Below the pieces are notes generated by a model. The model saw only the letters and a program-made list of their open reading frames with translations. It made no database searches and was not told the origin of the DNA. The translations under genes and the position numbers were made by a program. A stretch of DNA of 64,000 nucleotides, taken from assembly GCA_963727715.1 (NCBI GenBank), contig CAVSGX010000003.1, forward strand, positions 157-64,156. Direction: 5' to 3'. The DNA is from an uncultured bacterium. GTDB taxonomy: Bacteria > Patescibacteriota > Minisyncoccia > Phycocordibacterales > DATDWN01. Each line of letters begins with the position of its first letter. Position 1 is the first letter of the stretch. Positions 40,583 through 50,582 of the stretch are shown here, one piece after another.

Positions 40583-40802
40583 GTAAATGCTACAAAACTC
40601 GTAAATTAAAGTCAAGATAAATAAAAAATAAAAATTCTTTTTGAAATTATGTCAATTTTTTGAAAACAAAAAAGCTCGGAACAAGTCCGAGACTTTTGAT
40701 ATCCCCACGACAGCACCATGCGCACAATACTGTCGTGGGGACCGCTAAAACGGCAAGTATCGTACTCCCTCAACCAAAGACACTTTCTGCCACATCAACG
40801 GG

Positions 40803-42083
40803 TTATTTGGGATTTCCCCTCAATGGCAGTTCCCAATCAGGTATAGTTTTCAAAATTTTCTCAGCAGTTATCATCTCTGATTTGTCGGATGTGCGAAATT
40901 TCATTTCTATTTTTCCTTCGGCCACTGTTTTTTCGCTGACGACCAGTCGCACGGGTATGCCCAAAAGATCGGAATCGGCGAATTTTTCTCCCGGACGCAA
41001 ATCGCGGTCGTCGTAGAGAACTTCCACTCCGGCTTTGTCGAGTTTTTGGTACAAATCACCGGTCGCTTTTTTGACTTCAGTTGAATCGCCAATTTGTAGA
41101 AGATGCATGACAAAAGGGGCGACGGACTTCGGCCAAATGATTCCTTTCTCATCGGCCAAAAGTTCAACGATTGTGCCCATAAGTCTTTCCAGGCCAATGC
41201 CGTATGAGCCCATGAAAACCAGCTTGTCTTCCCCATTTTCATTTTTGTATTTCAAATCAAACGGTTCTGAAAATCTTGTGCCGAGCGTGAATATGTTGCC
41301 CACCTCAATAGCTTTCTTTTCCACAAAATCTTTTTTGTTCGTGCCGATTTCTTTTAAAACTTCATCATTCCAAACTTCTTTGTTGACCGCGATTTTTTTA
41401 TCTTCGTTCACAAAAATGGTGTCCTCTCCAGCTTCACAAACTGTTTGAAATTCGTGCGAAAATTTAGAAAAAGTACCACCGGAGGCAAAAGTCAGATAAG
41501 TTTTGTCTCCTATGCCGGTGCGATTGAAAATATTTTGGTAGGCCGTTTTGGCTTTCTCGTAAAAAACATTGTGCTCGGATTCGTCTTTGGAAAATGAATA
41601 CAAAGCCTTCCAATAAAATTCTCGGACTCTCATAATTCCTGATTTACTTCTGGCTTCGTTTCTGAAAATTTCTTTGAAGTCGTAAGGGTAAACCGGCAAG
41701 TCTTTGTATGAGCTGACATATTGTTTCAAAATGTTTGAATAGGCTTCCTCGTTGGTGAACGACAGGCCGACTTCCCCGCCATTTTTCAGTTTCGTTTTAA
41801 ACCAACTGTCCACAACTTCGTCGTCCCATCTGTTTGATTTCTCCCAGACTTCTTTGTTTTGCAAAACGGATGTTTTCATCTCTACACCGCCGATAGCGTC
41901 TATTTCTTCTCTGATGATGTTTTCAATTTTTTTTATAACCCGCAGACCGAGTGGCAAATATGAATAAACCCCGGCCATTTCTTTGTGAATATATCCGGCG
42001 CGGATCAAAAGCTCCGCATTTTTTGACACCTCATCCGCCGGCGCCTCCCGACGCGTTTTTGTAAAAAGTTGTGATTGTCTCAT
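40803..42083 (-). CDS. proS: Proline--tRNA ligase (short form, no editing domain)
   Basis: MRQSQLF, LLIRAGYI, FRNEAR..GIMRVREF, IEVGNIF, MGSYGIG, PGEKFADSDLLG. Confidence 0.95.
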   Translation of the reverse strand: MRQSQLFTKTRREAPADEVSKNAELLIRAGYIHKEMAGVYSYLPLGLRVIKKIENIIREEIDAIGGVEMKTSVLQNKEVWEKSNRWDDEVVDSWFKTKLKNGGEVGLSFTNEEAYSNILKQYVSSYKDLPVYPYDFKEIFRNEARSKSGIMRVREFYWKALYSFSKDESEHNVFYEKAKTAYQNIFNRTGIGDKTYLTFASGGTFSKFSHEFQTVCEAGEDTIFVNEDKKIAVNKEVWNDEVLKEIGTNKKDFVEKKAIEVGNIFTLGTRFSEPFDLKYKNENGEDKLVFMGSYGIGLERLMGTIVELLADEKGIIWPKSVAPFVMHLLQIGDSTEVKKATGDLYQKLDKAGVEVLYDDRDLRPGEKFADSDLLGIPVRLVVSEKTVAEGKIEMKFRTSDKSEMITAEKILKTIPDWELPLRGNPK

Positions 42084-42128
42084 AACTTCATTCTATATCA
42101 AAAAAGTTTTTTGAGCAAAAAAGCACAC

Positions 42129-42337
42129 TTTGAATCATTTCTTAAAACACGCATATTCGCCTGCTGGCGAATTGCTACGCTCGTCAATCAAGAAAACAAT
42201 ATCCTTAATTCGTAGCCCTACGCAAACGACCTCTGTTGAGGCCGTCCTCTCTTTCAGGAGGGTCGCTGCTTCGGGTTTACTTCATTTTCGTCTTTGTTTT
42301 CTAATTGACTGCGCGATGTTTTAAAAAATGATTCAAA
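42129..42337. repeat. Fold-back element E7
   Basis: IR TTTGAATCATTT.TTAAAACA; core TTCGCCTGCTGGCGAA, CGCTCGTCAATCAAGAAAACAAT, CCTCTCTTTCAGGAGGG, TTGTTTTCTAATTG. Confidence 0.85.
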
Positions 42338-42351
42338 ATATGCAAACAGAT

Positions 42352-43044
42352 TTAATTCCAACCGCGAGCTTTCAAAGCTTCCCTAGCGGCGGATTGTTCG
42401 GCGTCTTGTTTGCTGTCGCCTTCACCTTCGGCCACTTTTTCTTTGCCGACAAAAATACCGACTGTGAATTTCTTTTCGTGGTCCGGGCCGGATTCGCGCA
42501 GAGTTTTGTATGATGGAGTAACGCCGTCAAACTCTTGAGCTTTTTCTTGAAACAAACTTTTGGCGTCAATCCAACTGCCGGCGGAAATAATGCCATCAAT
42601 GAGTGGAGTGAACTCTCGTTCAATAAAAGATTTGGCGCTGTCGTAGCCGAGGTCCAGATAAATCGCGCCGATGAAAGCTTCCAAAGTGTTGGCCAAAATG
42701 TACTGACGCGCGCGACCGGTGTCCTTGCTCTCGCCTTTGGAAAGCAAAAGATATTCGTTCATGCTGAGATTCGTGGCGATGTCCGAGCATGTCGTGGCGT
42801 TGACCAAAGCGGAACGGTAAGAAGTCAAATCGCCTTCGGTTTTTGTCGGATACTTTTGATACAAAAAATCAGTGATGACAAGCTCCAAAACGGCATCGCC
42901 CAAAAATTCCAGACGCTCATTGTGGGACAGCCCGGAGTTTTTATTTTCATTTATATATGAGCGGTGGACAAAAGCCTGCGTCAAAAGATTTTGGTCTTTG
43001 AAACTGACCCCCGCCCGCTTTTGAAATTCGGTATAGTCTTGCAT
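42352..43044 (-). CDS. rnc: Ribonuclease III
   Basis: HNERLEFLGDAVLEL; dsRBD DAKSLFQE...GPDH. Confidence 0.98.
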   Translation of the reverse strand: MQDYTEFQKRAGVSFKDQNLLTQAFVHRSYINENKNSGLSHNERLEFLGDAVLELVITDFLYQKYPTKTEGDLTSYRSALVNATTCSDIATNLSMNEYLLLSKGESKDTGRARQYILANTLEAFIGAIYLDLGYDSAKSFIEREFTPLIDGIISAGSWIDAKSLFQEKAQEFDGVTPSYKTLRESGPDHEKKFTVGIFVGKEKVAEGEGDSKQDAEQSAAREALKARGWN

Positions 43045-43083
43045 AGGAACAATATAACACAGAAATCAATTTTTGCAAAAATT

Positions 43084-43464
43084 TTATTTAACCAATTTTT
43101 TTGCAGATTTAATTTGTATTCTATCTTCTTTAGTATAATCACCAAAACCAAGAGATTTTCCTTTCGGGATTCTTTCATATTCACACAAAAAATGGTCTCC
43201 ATTTTGAATAGAGTTGTATTCTTCTTCTGTCACAGAAAACTCACCCTCTATATCTCCCATCTTCAAATGGACTAGGTAAAATGTTTTTGAACCACCAAGC
43301 CCAAATCTCATTTGTAATGCATAGTTGCCTAGTGTATTAACAATCTCTTTTCCAGTTACAACACCTTCACCTTTGCGAGTATTTTCTTTTTCTGTTTGTT
43401 TTTCTTTTTCACTAATTTTGATCATAGCAGCTGTAGCTCCAACCGCCCCAAGTGCACCTAACAA
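43084..43464 (-). CDS. Hypothetical membrane-anchored protein (true start upstream, uncertain)
   Basis: Frame extends upstream through NRRDFLLGALGAVG. Confidence 0.5.
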   Translation of the reverse strand: MLGALGAVGATAAMIKISEKEKQTEKENTRKGEGVVTGKEIVNTLGNYALQMRFGLGGSKTFYLVHLKMGDIEGEFSVTEEEYNSIQNGDHFLCEYERIPKGKSLGFGDYTKEDRIQIKSAKKLVK

Positions 43465-43527
43465 AAAATCTCTCCTATTAAATTTATTTGCCTCTTTTAG
43501 ACTTTCTTCATATTCTCCATCATCTTA

Positions 43528-44418
43528 CTACTTTTTCAGTAAAATATTAATGGCTTTTGTTACCAGAGGCAAAATGTCGTTGTAGAAGTTGAGTTCCAAA
43601 ATATCGCCCATTTTAAACCAGCGGGCGTCATCAAGACCGCCGGTGTTAGAAAGTTTGAGGTCCACAAACGGCGACTCCACCAAAAAGTAAGCCACGTGTT
43701 TTTTGATTTTGCCTTTTTCTGGGTGGTAGCTTATGTATTCGTTCTCGCCGAGCTTTTCTTTGATTTTCACATCCACGCCAATTTCGTCTTTGATAACTTT
43801 GGCCACCTCAGCTTCCGGATCGCTGCCCTCAATGTGACCTTTGGAAAGAGTCCAACGACCGAAAACATCGTGCACCAGCGCCAGGTAGATGTCGTCGCCG
43901 GAGTGAGCGAAAACCACCGCGCCGGCCAGATATTCTGTCGGCACGTTTGCCGGAATAACACCTTTTTTCTTGTCTTTGGTTGTTTCGTCTTTGCCCGGTT
44001 CGCCGAGCTCTTTGTAAACCGCGCCCAAAACACCGTTGATGAATTTGCTGGAAGTTTCTCCGCCGAAACTTTTAGATAACTCAATGGCTTCGTTGATAGC
44101 CACTTTTGGCGGAACCTGCGAGTGATCGGCAAAAAGAAGCTCGTAAAGCCCGATGCGCAGAATATTTCTGTCCATTACGTTGATTTTGTCTATCGGCCAG
44201 TCCGGCGCGGCTTTTTCAATAACCAAATCCAAATCTTTTTTCTTGTCCAAAACACCTTTGAGGAGATCTTCCATAAACGAAAAATCGCCCATACCAGGAG
44301 CGAACTCTTCTGCATCACGCTTAAATATTTCCATTGCTTCCGCGCGGTTTTTGCTGTTGAAATCCCATTCGAACAGGGATTGCAAGACTATGCTTCTGGA
44401 AAGGTGCCGATTAGCCAT
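43528..44418 (-). CDS. nusB: Transcription antitermination factor NusB fused to NUDIX-fold domain (start MANRHLSR)
   Basis: DRNILRIG.YEL, VAINEAIELSK.FG, FINGVLG; C-terminal AGAVVF...WTLSKGHIE...ARWF. Confidence 0.92.
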   Translation of the reverse strand: MANRHLSRSIVLQSLFEWDFNSKNRAEAMEIFKRDAEEFAPGMGDFSFMEDLLKGVLDKKKDLDLVIEKAAPDWPIDKINVMDRNILRIGLYELLFADHSQVPPKVAINEAIELSKSFGGETSSKFINGVLGAVYKELGEPGKDETTKDKKKGVIPANVPTEYLAGAVVFAHSGDDIYLALVHDVFGRWTLSKGHIEGSDPEAEVAKVIKDEIGVDVKIKEKLGENEYISYHPEKGKIKKHVAYFLVESPFVDLKLSNTGGLDDARWFKMGDILELNFYNDILPLVTKAINILLKK

Positions 44419-44473
44419 TTGTACAATTATATAAAGGTCAAGAAAAAGATGCAAGTCAATCCGATAGAAAATT

Positions 44474-44674
44474 TCTTTTGCCCCAAAATTTTTCAGAGCA
44501 CGGATATTTTTCTACTGAAAAATTCCTCTCGCTCGGCAATCAAGAAAACAATCGTCCTCGACTCGTAGCCCTATCGCAAACTCGCTTCGCTCAAACACTG
44601 CTTCGGGCTTACTCCGTCTTCGTCGTTGTTTTCTAATTGCCTCCGCAGTCTCTGAAAAAATTTGGGGCAAAAGA
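44474..44674. repeat. Fold-back element E8
   Basis: IR TCTTTTGCCCCAAA.TTTTTCAGAG; core TTTTTCTACTGAAAAA, CGCTCGGCAATCAAGAAAACAAT, CTTCGCTCAAACAC, TTGTTTTCTAATTG. Confidence 0.85.
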
Positions 44675-44684
44675 GATAATCAAA

Positions 44685-44912
44685 TTATCTTCCCTCATTC
44701 TCTTTTGCCTTAGCTCTCTTAGCTTGCTTATCAAGCTTGGCTTGGACGTCGATGACCTGTCTGTCTTTGTATTTTCCGGTAACCAAAGAAGCTCTGTGGC
44801 GCAGGTGCGGGACATTTGTGTTTTTATCCAAAGTTAGCGCCGGCGAAGACAGCCTGTGATGAGACCGTGTGTTTCCGCGCTGGGCTCGTGTATGTCGCAT
44901 TCGTACTACCAT
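44685..44912 (-). CDS. rpmF: 50S ribosomal protein L32 (non-zinc type)
   Basis: MVVRMRHTRAQRGNTRSHHRL...HLRHRA...GKYKDRQV. Confidence 0.85.
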   Translation of the reverse strand: MVVRMRHTRAQRGNTRSHHRLSSPALTLDKNTNVPHLRHRASLVTGKYKDRQVIDVQAKLDKQAKRAKAKENEGR

Positions 44913-44971
44913 AATGAAAAAGATTAGCATAACTGTTGAAAAAACGCAACAAAAAATAACGCCCGATGTTT

Positions 44972-45283
44972 TTAGACATGGGCGCCACCGTCAACTCTTG
45001 TCACAGACCATAAATGTTCAAGAAACGCCGTTTTACATTGCTTACACTCCTCGTTTTCTTTCTCGATGTGGACGAGAAAATCCAGATACCTAGTGGGATT
45101 TCCACAAAATTTTTTGAAAAATTCTTTTCCCCGCGGACACATTTTATTTCTAACCTCAACAAGACCAGACGAGTTTCTTCCACTAGACAAGTCATTGTAC
45201 CACTGCATCATCCTTCTTATATATTCGGAGTTGCGCTCGAAAGACATCGTGGGATGACTTTGTACCGTTGAATGTGACATCAA
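44972..45283 (-). CDS. Hypothetical protein
   Basis: 103-aa ORF with H...CxxC; SD-like AAGGGG; hairpin at its end. Confidence 0.4.
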   Translation of the reverse strand: MMSHSTVQSHPTMSFERNSEYIRRMMQWYNDLSSGRNSSGLVEVRNKMCPRGKEFFKKFCGNPTRYLDFLVHIEKENEECKQCKTAFLEHLWSVTRVDGGAHV

Positions 45284-45326
45284 AGAACCCCTTGCTAATA
45301 ATATCCTTCATTAAAAAACAAAACAA

Positions 45327-46031
45327 TCAAAAATGTGTGCAGAAAGTTTTGCGGTGCAGGGGCGAAAGACCGTGAGCGGAAATGGCTAAGCGGTGTCTAG
45401 TCGTGCCATAACCTTTGTGAATTTCAAAGCCATACCGTGGGAATTTTTTGCCGGCGCGTGTCATTAGTGCGTCGCGCGAGACTTTGGCCAGAATGCTGGC
45501 CCAAGCGATAATTTTTTCTTTCTCATCGCCTTTTATTATCGTTTTTTGATTTTTGAACTCTGCTGGCGCTTTGAGTGAACCGTCCAAAAGCACTTGGCAA
45601 TTTTTTGGGTTCAGTTTCAATTTCTCAATCCCCTTTCCAACCGCTGTTTTGATGCAAAAAGAAAGTCCTTTTTTGTCGATGGTTTTGTTGGAGATGTGGA
45701 TAATTGAGTAGTTGAAAATTTCTTTCTCCCCAAGTCTCTCGCGAAAAACGCGTAAAATTTCTGCTGAAATTTTCGCTCTTTCTTGCCTGCCCGGCTCCGA
45801 GAGGTTTCCGCTCGAAACTTGGGTCAACAAAATTTTCAAATTACTCAAAAATTCGGCATATTTTTGACGAGAGATTGGAGAAAGTTTTTTGCTGTCGAGG
45901 CCTCGCGGTGGCAGATTTTTGTTTCTTTTCAGTTTTTTATAAAAATTTTCCTCGCAAACAACCACACAAACAGTCACAGGCCCAGCCAAAGGTCCTCTCC
46001 CGACTTCGTCAATACCAACTATATAATTCAT
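45327..46031 (-). CDS. rnhB: Ribonuclease HII with internal in-frame insertion
   Basis: GIDEVGRGPLAGPV, DSKKL, LLDG, IIKGD, ASILAKV.RD, HKGYGT, HRKTF. Confidence 0.95.
   Translation of the reverse strand: MNYIVGIDEVGRGPLAGPVTVCVVVCEENFYKKLKRNKNLPPRGLDSKKLSPISRQKYAEFLSNLKILLTQVSSGNLSEPGRQERAKISAEILRVFRERLGEKEIFNYSIIHISNKTIDKKGLSFCIKTAVGKGIEKLKLNPKNCQVLLDGSLKAPAEFKNQKTIIKGDEKEKIIAWASILAKVSRDALMTRAGKKFPRYGFEIHKGYGTTRHRLAISAHGLSPLHRKTFCTHF
45704..45848. repeat. Fold-back element E9 inside rnhB
   Basis: IR TTGAGTAGTTGAAAATTT / AAATTTTCAAATTACTCAA, inner CCCAAGT/ACTTGGG, and AAATTTCTGCTGAAATTTTC identical to E2. Confidence 0.75.
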
Positions 46032-46123
46032 GCAAACATTTTAACATCTAAACAAAACAAAAGCCCCGAGCATTTTCGCGCAGGACTGGATACAAGTTTA
46101 GTGCGGGGTTCGATCCCACACTG

Positions 46124-46318
46124 TTATTTGATTTTATAAACAACACAACGGGTAAAATGGGTTGGAACACCATCGTGAAAGACAGTGTCTTTCACAGACA
46201 GAATCTCCACATGGTGTGTTTTATTACTAAAAAACTGATTAAACATTCTATCAAGTTCCGCGTGGATTTCTTCAAGAGTATATACTCCAGGACGAACAAC
46301 AAAAGTTTTTGTATTCAT
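46124..46318 (-). CDS. Small hypothetical protein
   Basis: TTGACA-N16-TAGACT promoter, AGGGG SD. Confidence 0.5.
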   Translation of the reverse strand: MNTKTFVVRPGVYTLEEIHAELDRMFNQFFSNKTHHVEILSVKDTVFHDGVPTHFTRCVVYKIK

Positions 46319-46468
46319 TGCTACCCCTAATTTTAGAGTCTAAACATTTTTCAAATTTTGTCAAGCGGGCGGGGAATGAGAAATTTGGTACAATGGGTTC
46401 ACAATGACTTCTAAATTTACCCACCCCAGTAGCAGAGCATAGCTCGCTACGGAGCAAGTCTTCACACC

Positions 46469-49400
46469 ATGCAAAAATTTACACACTTACATACACATAG
46501 CCACTACTCTTTACTTCAAGCTTTGCCGAAAATTGACGAGCTGGTTAAGACGGCCAAGAAGATGGGCATGGAGTCACTGGCTTTGACTGACAACGGCAAT
46601 CTTTACGGGGCCATTGAATTTTACAAGGAATGCGACAAGCACGGTGTCAAACCGATTATCGGTGTGGATTTTTATGTGGCGTTTGGATCTAGGCTAGAAA
46701 AACGCGCTGGCGTGGACAAGGAGCGATATCGGCTGGTGCTTCTGGCCGAAAATGAAATCGGCTATAAAAATTTGATTCAGCTTGTGACCGTCTCCCACCT
46801 TGAAGGTTTTTATTACAAACCGCGAGTGGACAAGGAAGTTTTGGAAAAATATCACGAAGGACTTATTGTCATCTCGCCGTCTTTCTCCGGCGACATAGTC
46901 AAATCTCTTGGAATGTCGCGTGATGATGAAGCTCTATCTCGACTTGATTGGTACAGAGAAATTTTCGGACCAGATAATTTTTTTCTGGAAATCACTCATC
47001 ATCCGGAAATAAAAGGTCATCAGGAAAAAATGAAAAAACTTGTGAGCTTTGCCCGAAAGAACAAACACTCCCCTCGTCGCCTGCCACGATGTCTATTATA
47101 TGTCGCCAGAGGACAGACCGGCTCGCGAGACTTTGATGTCTGTTATGAACAACGGCGACTTTTCCGACAGGCAAGATGAAAAAACAGATGACTTCTCTTT
47201 CATTTCACAGGAGACAGCTGAAAAATATTTTGCCGATTTACCGGACGCTTTAGAGAACACTGAGAAAATTGCCGAGAGATGCAATTTGAAATTGGAACTT
47301 GGCAAATGGGTCTTCCCGAATTTCGTCGTGGAAAGCGGGCTCTCGCACGATGAAGAATTAAAAAAACTGACATACGAAGGATTGGTCAAGAGAAATGTTG
47401 AACAAACGAAAGAAGTGACGGAGAGAATAGAATATGAGTTGAGAATTATTTTCAATAAAGGTTATTCGCCGTACTTTCTGGTTGTCGGCGATCTGATGCG
47501 CTACGCTAGCGAGAACGGTATTCTCTCAAACATTCGCGGTTCGGTTTCCGGCTCGCTGGTCACTTACCTCGCCGGTATCACCAACATCAACCCGCTGGAA
47601 TACGACATTCCTTTTGAACGATTTCTTGAACCCTGATCGCCCATCACCGCCGGATATTGATATGGACTTTGCCGACAACCGTCGAGATGAAATGGTGGAA
47701 TACGCCAAACGAAAATATGGCGCGGACAAAGTGGCCCAGATCGGCACTTTCGGCACAATGGCCGCTCGCGGCTCGGTGCGTGATGTGACACGCGCTATGG
47801 GTTTTCCTTACGCACTTCGGTGACAGCATCGCCAAAATGATTCCGTTCGGCGCGCAAGGTTTCCCAATGACCATTGACCGCGCGCTCGCCGAAGTGCCGG
47901 AGTTGAAAGAACGTTTACGACAGCGAAGTAGATGTCAAAACAATAATTGACATGGCCAAAAAAATTGAAGGTTGCGCTCGGCACATGGGCATTCACGCCG
48001 CCGGCGTGGTTATGGCGCCGACGCCGATTACCGATTACACTCCGCTTCAATACGATCCAAAAGGTGAAGGTAAAATCATCACCCAGTATGATATGTATTC
48101 CATTGAAGAGGCCGGACTTTTGAAGTTTGATTTTCTGGGATTGCGAAATCTTTCCATTATCGCCGACACTTTGGCTTTGATAAAAAAATTGGACAATGTG
48201 GATTTTGACGCCGGAAGAAATTCCAATCAATGACAAGAAAACTTTTGAAATGTTGGCGCGAGGCGAAACAGCCGACCTTTTCCAACTCAACGGCGACGGA
48301 ATGACTAAATTTTTGATTGATCTTAAGCCGACCGCCATTCACGACATCAACGCCATGGTCGCTTTGTATCGTCCCGGACCTTTGCAATTTATTCCGCTTT
48401 ACATTCAGGGCAAACACAATCCAGCTAAAGTGAAATATCTAGACCCGATGCTCAAACCAATCTTACAAAAGACTTACGGCGTGCTGGTTTATCAAGACGA
48501 TCTTTTAATGATGGCCAGAAATATTGCCGGCTATTCTTGGATTGAAGTGGACAAATTCCGCAAAGCTGTCGGCAAAAAAATTCCGAAGGAGATGCAGGAA
48601 CAAAAAGAGAAATTTATAAACGGATGCGTGGAACATTCCAAGTGGCCGCTAAAAAAAGCGCAGGAGCTTTGGACATGGATCGAACCTTTCGCCGCTTACG
48701 GTTTCAACAAAGCCCACTCTGTTTCCTACGGTCTCGTGGCCTACCAGACGGCTTACCTCAAAGCCAACTTTCCAGCCGAATATATGGCCAGCGTTTTGAC
48801 TCACCACGACGGCGATGTGGAAAAAGTGTCCGAGTCGGTGCAAGAATGCAAACGCCTCGGTATTTCCATTTTACCACCGGACATCAACGAATCGTTCAAA
48901 GTTTTCACTGTCATAAAATCAAAAACAGCTGACCAGCCAGATAACATTCGTTTTGGACTTAACACCATTAAAAATTTCGGCGAAGGAATTTCCGAATCAA
49001 TAATTTCCGAGCGCAAGAAAAATGGGCCGTACAAATCTCTGTCGGATTTTTTGCGCCGAGTCAAAGATAAAAACCTCAATAAAAAATCTCTGGAGTCGCT
49101 TATCAAAACCGGCGCCCTAGACTCCCTCGGCGATCGCTTCACACTCCTCCACAATCTTGACCGGCTACTGACTTTTCATAAAGAAGAAACAAAATCAGAA
49201 ACAAACCAAGACTCGCTTTTCGGACTTTTTGCCAGCGCGTCGCACAATGAAGTTGAGTTGGAAAAAGCGCCGATCACAAATCAGACAAACAAATTGCAAT
49301 GGGAGAAAGAACTTCTCGGCCTCTACATTTCGGGACACCCGCTAGATAATTTTCGCCACAAACTTGATGGTCGCGAAATGACAATTAAAAAAATTAAAGA

Positions 49401-49662
49401 AACAGTCAAAGATAAGCAAGAAGTAGTTTTTGGCGGGATGATTGAAGAGATAAAACCGATTATGACCAAATCCGGAGACAAAATGGCTTTCATCAGGGTG
49501 GCTGACCTCTCCGGTTCAATTGAAACAGTGGCTTTTCCGAAAGTTTTGGCTGAATTTGTCGACATCCTCGCCCCCGAATCCTGCGTGGTCATCAAAGGAA
49601 CACTCTCTCTGCGCAACGGCGAAAAAAGCGTGTTGATGGAAAAGGTCAGGATGATGGAGTAA
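46469..49662 (+). CDS. dnaE: DNA polymerase III alpha subunit (split by apparent sequencing frameshifts)
   Basis: HLHTHSHYSLL PHP domain, RGS..GSLV, PDIDMDF, GIHAAGVV, YGFNKAHS, EKELLGLYISGHP. Confidence 0.95.
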
Positions 49663-49866
49663 AACAAAAACCAATCATATTTTTCCGAGCACGCATAAAG
49701 TCCTGCTGGACTTTTGCTCTCGTTCGGCAATCAAGAAAACAATCTCCTCAATGACGGGGCTCTCGGCAAACTCACTTCGCTCAAACACTGCCTTCACCCT
49801 CTTTCATTTTGTCGTTGTTTTCTAATTACCTCCGCAGTCTCGGAAAAATATGATTGGTTTTTTGTT
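49663..49866. repeat. Fold-back element E10
   Basis: IR AACAAAAACCAATCATATTTTTCCGAG; core AAAGTCCTGCTGGACTTT, CGTTCGGCAATCAAGAAAACAAT, CTTCGCTCAAACAC, TTGTTTTCTAATT. Confidence 0.85.
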
Positions 49867-49945
49867 AGTTATATTTCTAGGTTTGTCAAGAAGTGCCGAT
49901 TTAGCAGTTGAAATAAAAATCTGGCTGTGTTAGAATGGCGAAACT

Positions 49946-50191
49946 ATGATAAATGCCGAAGTTGTCAAAAATAACAACGAAAACAATTTGAACTTAATCC
50001 GCCGGTTTACCAAAAAGGTGCAGGGCTCTGGCGTTTTACCGCGCGTGAGAAGTATCCGCTATGCTTCGCGCAAACAGTCCGAGTATGTCAAAAAGAAAAA
50101 AACTCTGAAGGTGCTGAAACGCCGAGCCGAAGTTGATGAACTTATCAAAATGGGCAAAATGGTGGAGTTTACGCGTGGTGGCAAGAAATAA
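49946..50191 (+). CDS. bS21-like small basic protein
   Basis: EVVKNNNEN...LIRRFTKKVQGSGVL...RY; basic, S21-like pattern. Confidence 0.6.
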   Translation: MINAEVVKNNNENNLNLIRRFTKKVQGSGVLPRVRSIRYASRKQSEYVKKKKTLKVLKRRAEVDELIKMGKMVEFTRGGKK

Positions 50192-50192
50192 A

Positions 50193-50573
50193 ATGAAAGA
50201 AAGTTTTACAATAACAAACACAACAAAAAGCACGCTACCGAGCGTGCCTTTTGCAAAAATAAAAGAGACAGTGCTTGGCAAAAAATATGAGTTGTCTCTG
50301 GTTTTCGTGGGAGACAAAAAATCACAGTCGTTGAACAAATCATATCGTGGTAAAAACAAGCCAACCAACTGTCTGTCTTTTCCCCTCGACAAAAATTCAG
50401 GCGAGATTTTCTTAAATCTGGGGAGAGCTAAAAAGGAGGCGTCATCATTCGGACAAAAATTTGACGACTTTACCACTTTTCTATTTATTCACAGTTGCTT
50501 GCATTTGAAAGGAATGGAACATAGTAGTAGAATGGAGAAAGCAGAAATGAAATTTTTCAAAAAATTTCAATAA
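50193..50573 (+). CDS. ybeY: rRNA maturation endoribonuclease YbeY
   Basis: LNKSYRGKNKPTNCLSF, HSCLHLKGMEH. Confidence 0.92.
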   Translation: MKESFTITNTTKSTLPSVPFAKIKETVLGKKYELSLVFVGDKKSQSLNKSYRGKNKPTNCLSFPLDKNSGEIFLNLGRAKKEASSFGQKFDDFTTFLFIHSCLHLKGMEHSSRMEKAEMKFFKKFQ

Positions 50574-50582
50574 GCTTTTTTT

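Noticed and set aside
43440-43485. Tat signal peptide (NRRDFL)
   Set aside because: The start codon is unclear and no tat genes are in the window, so it cannot be supported.
46101-46121. tRNA fragment (GGGGTTCGATCCC)
   Set aside because: Only a T-loop-like hairpin at the end of a small gene; no other tRNA arms.
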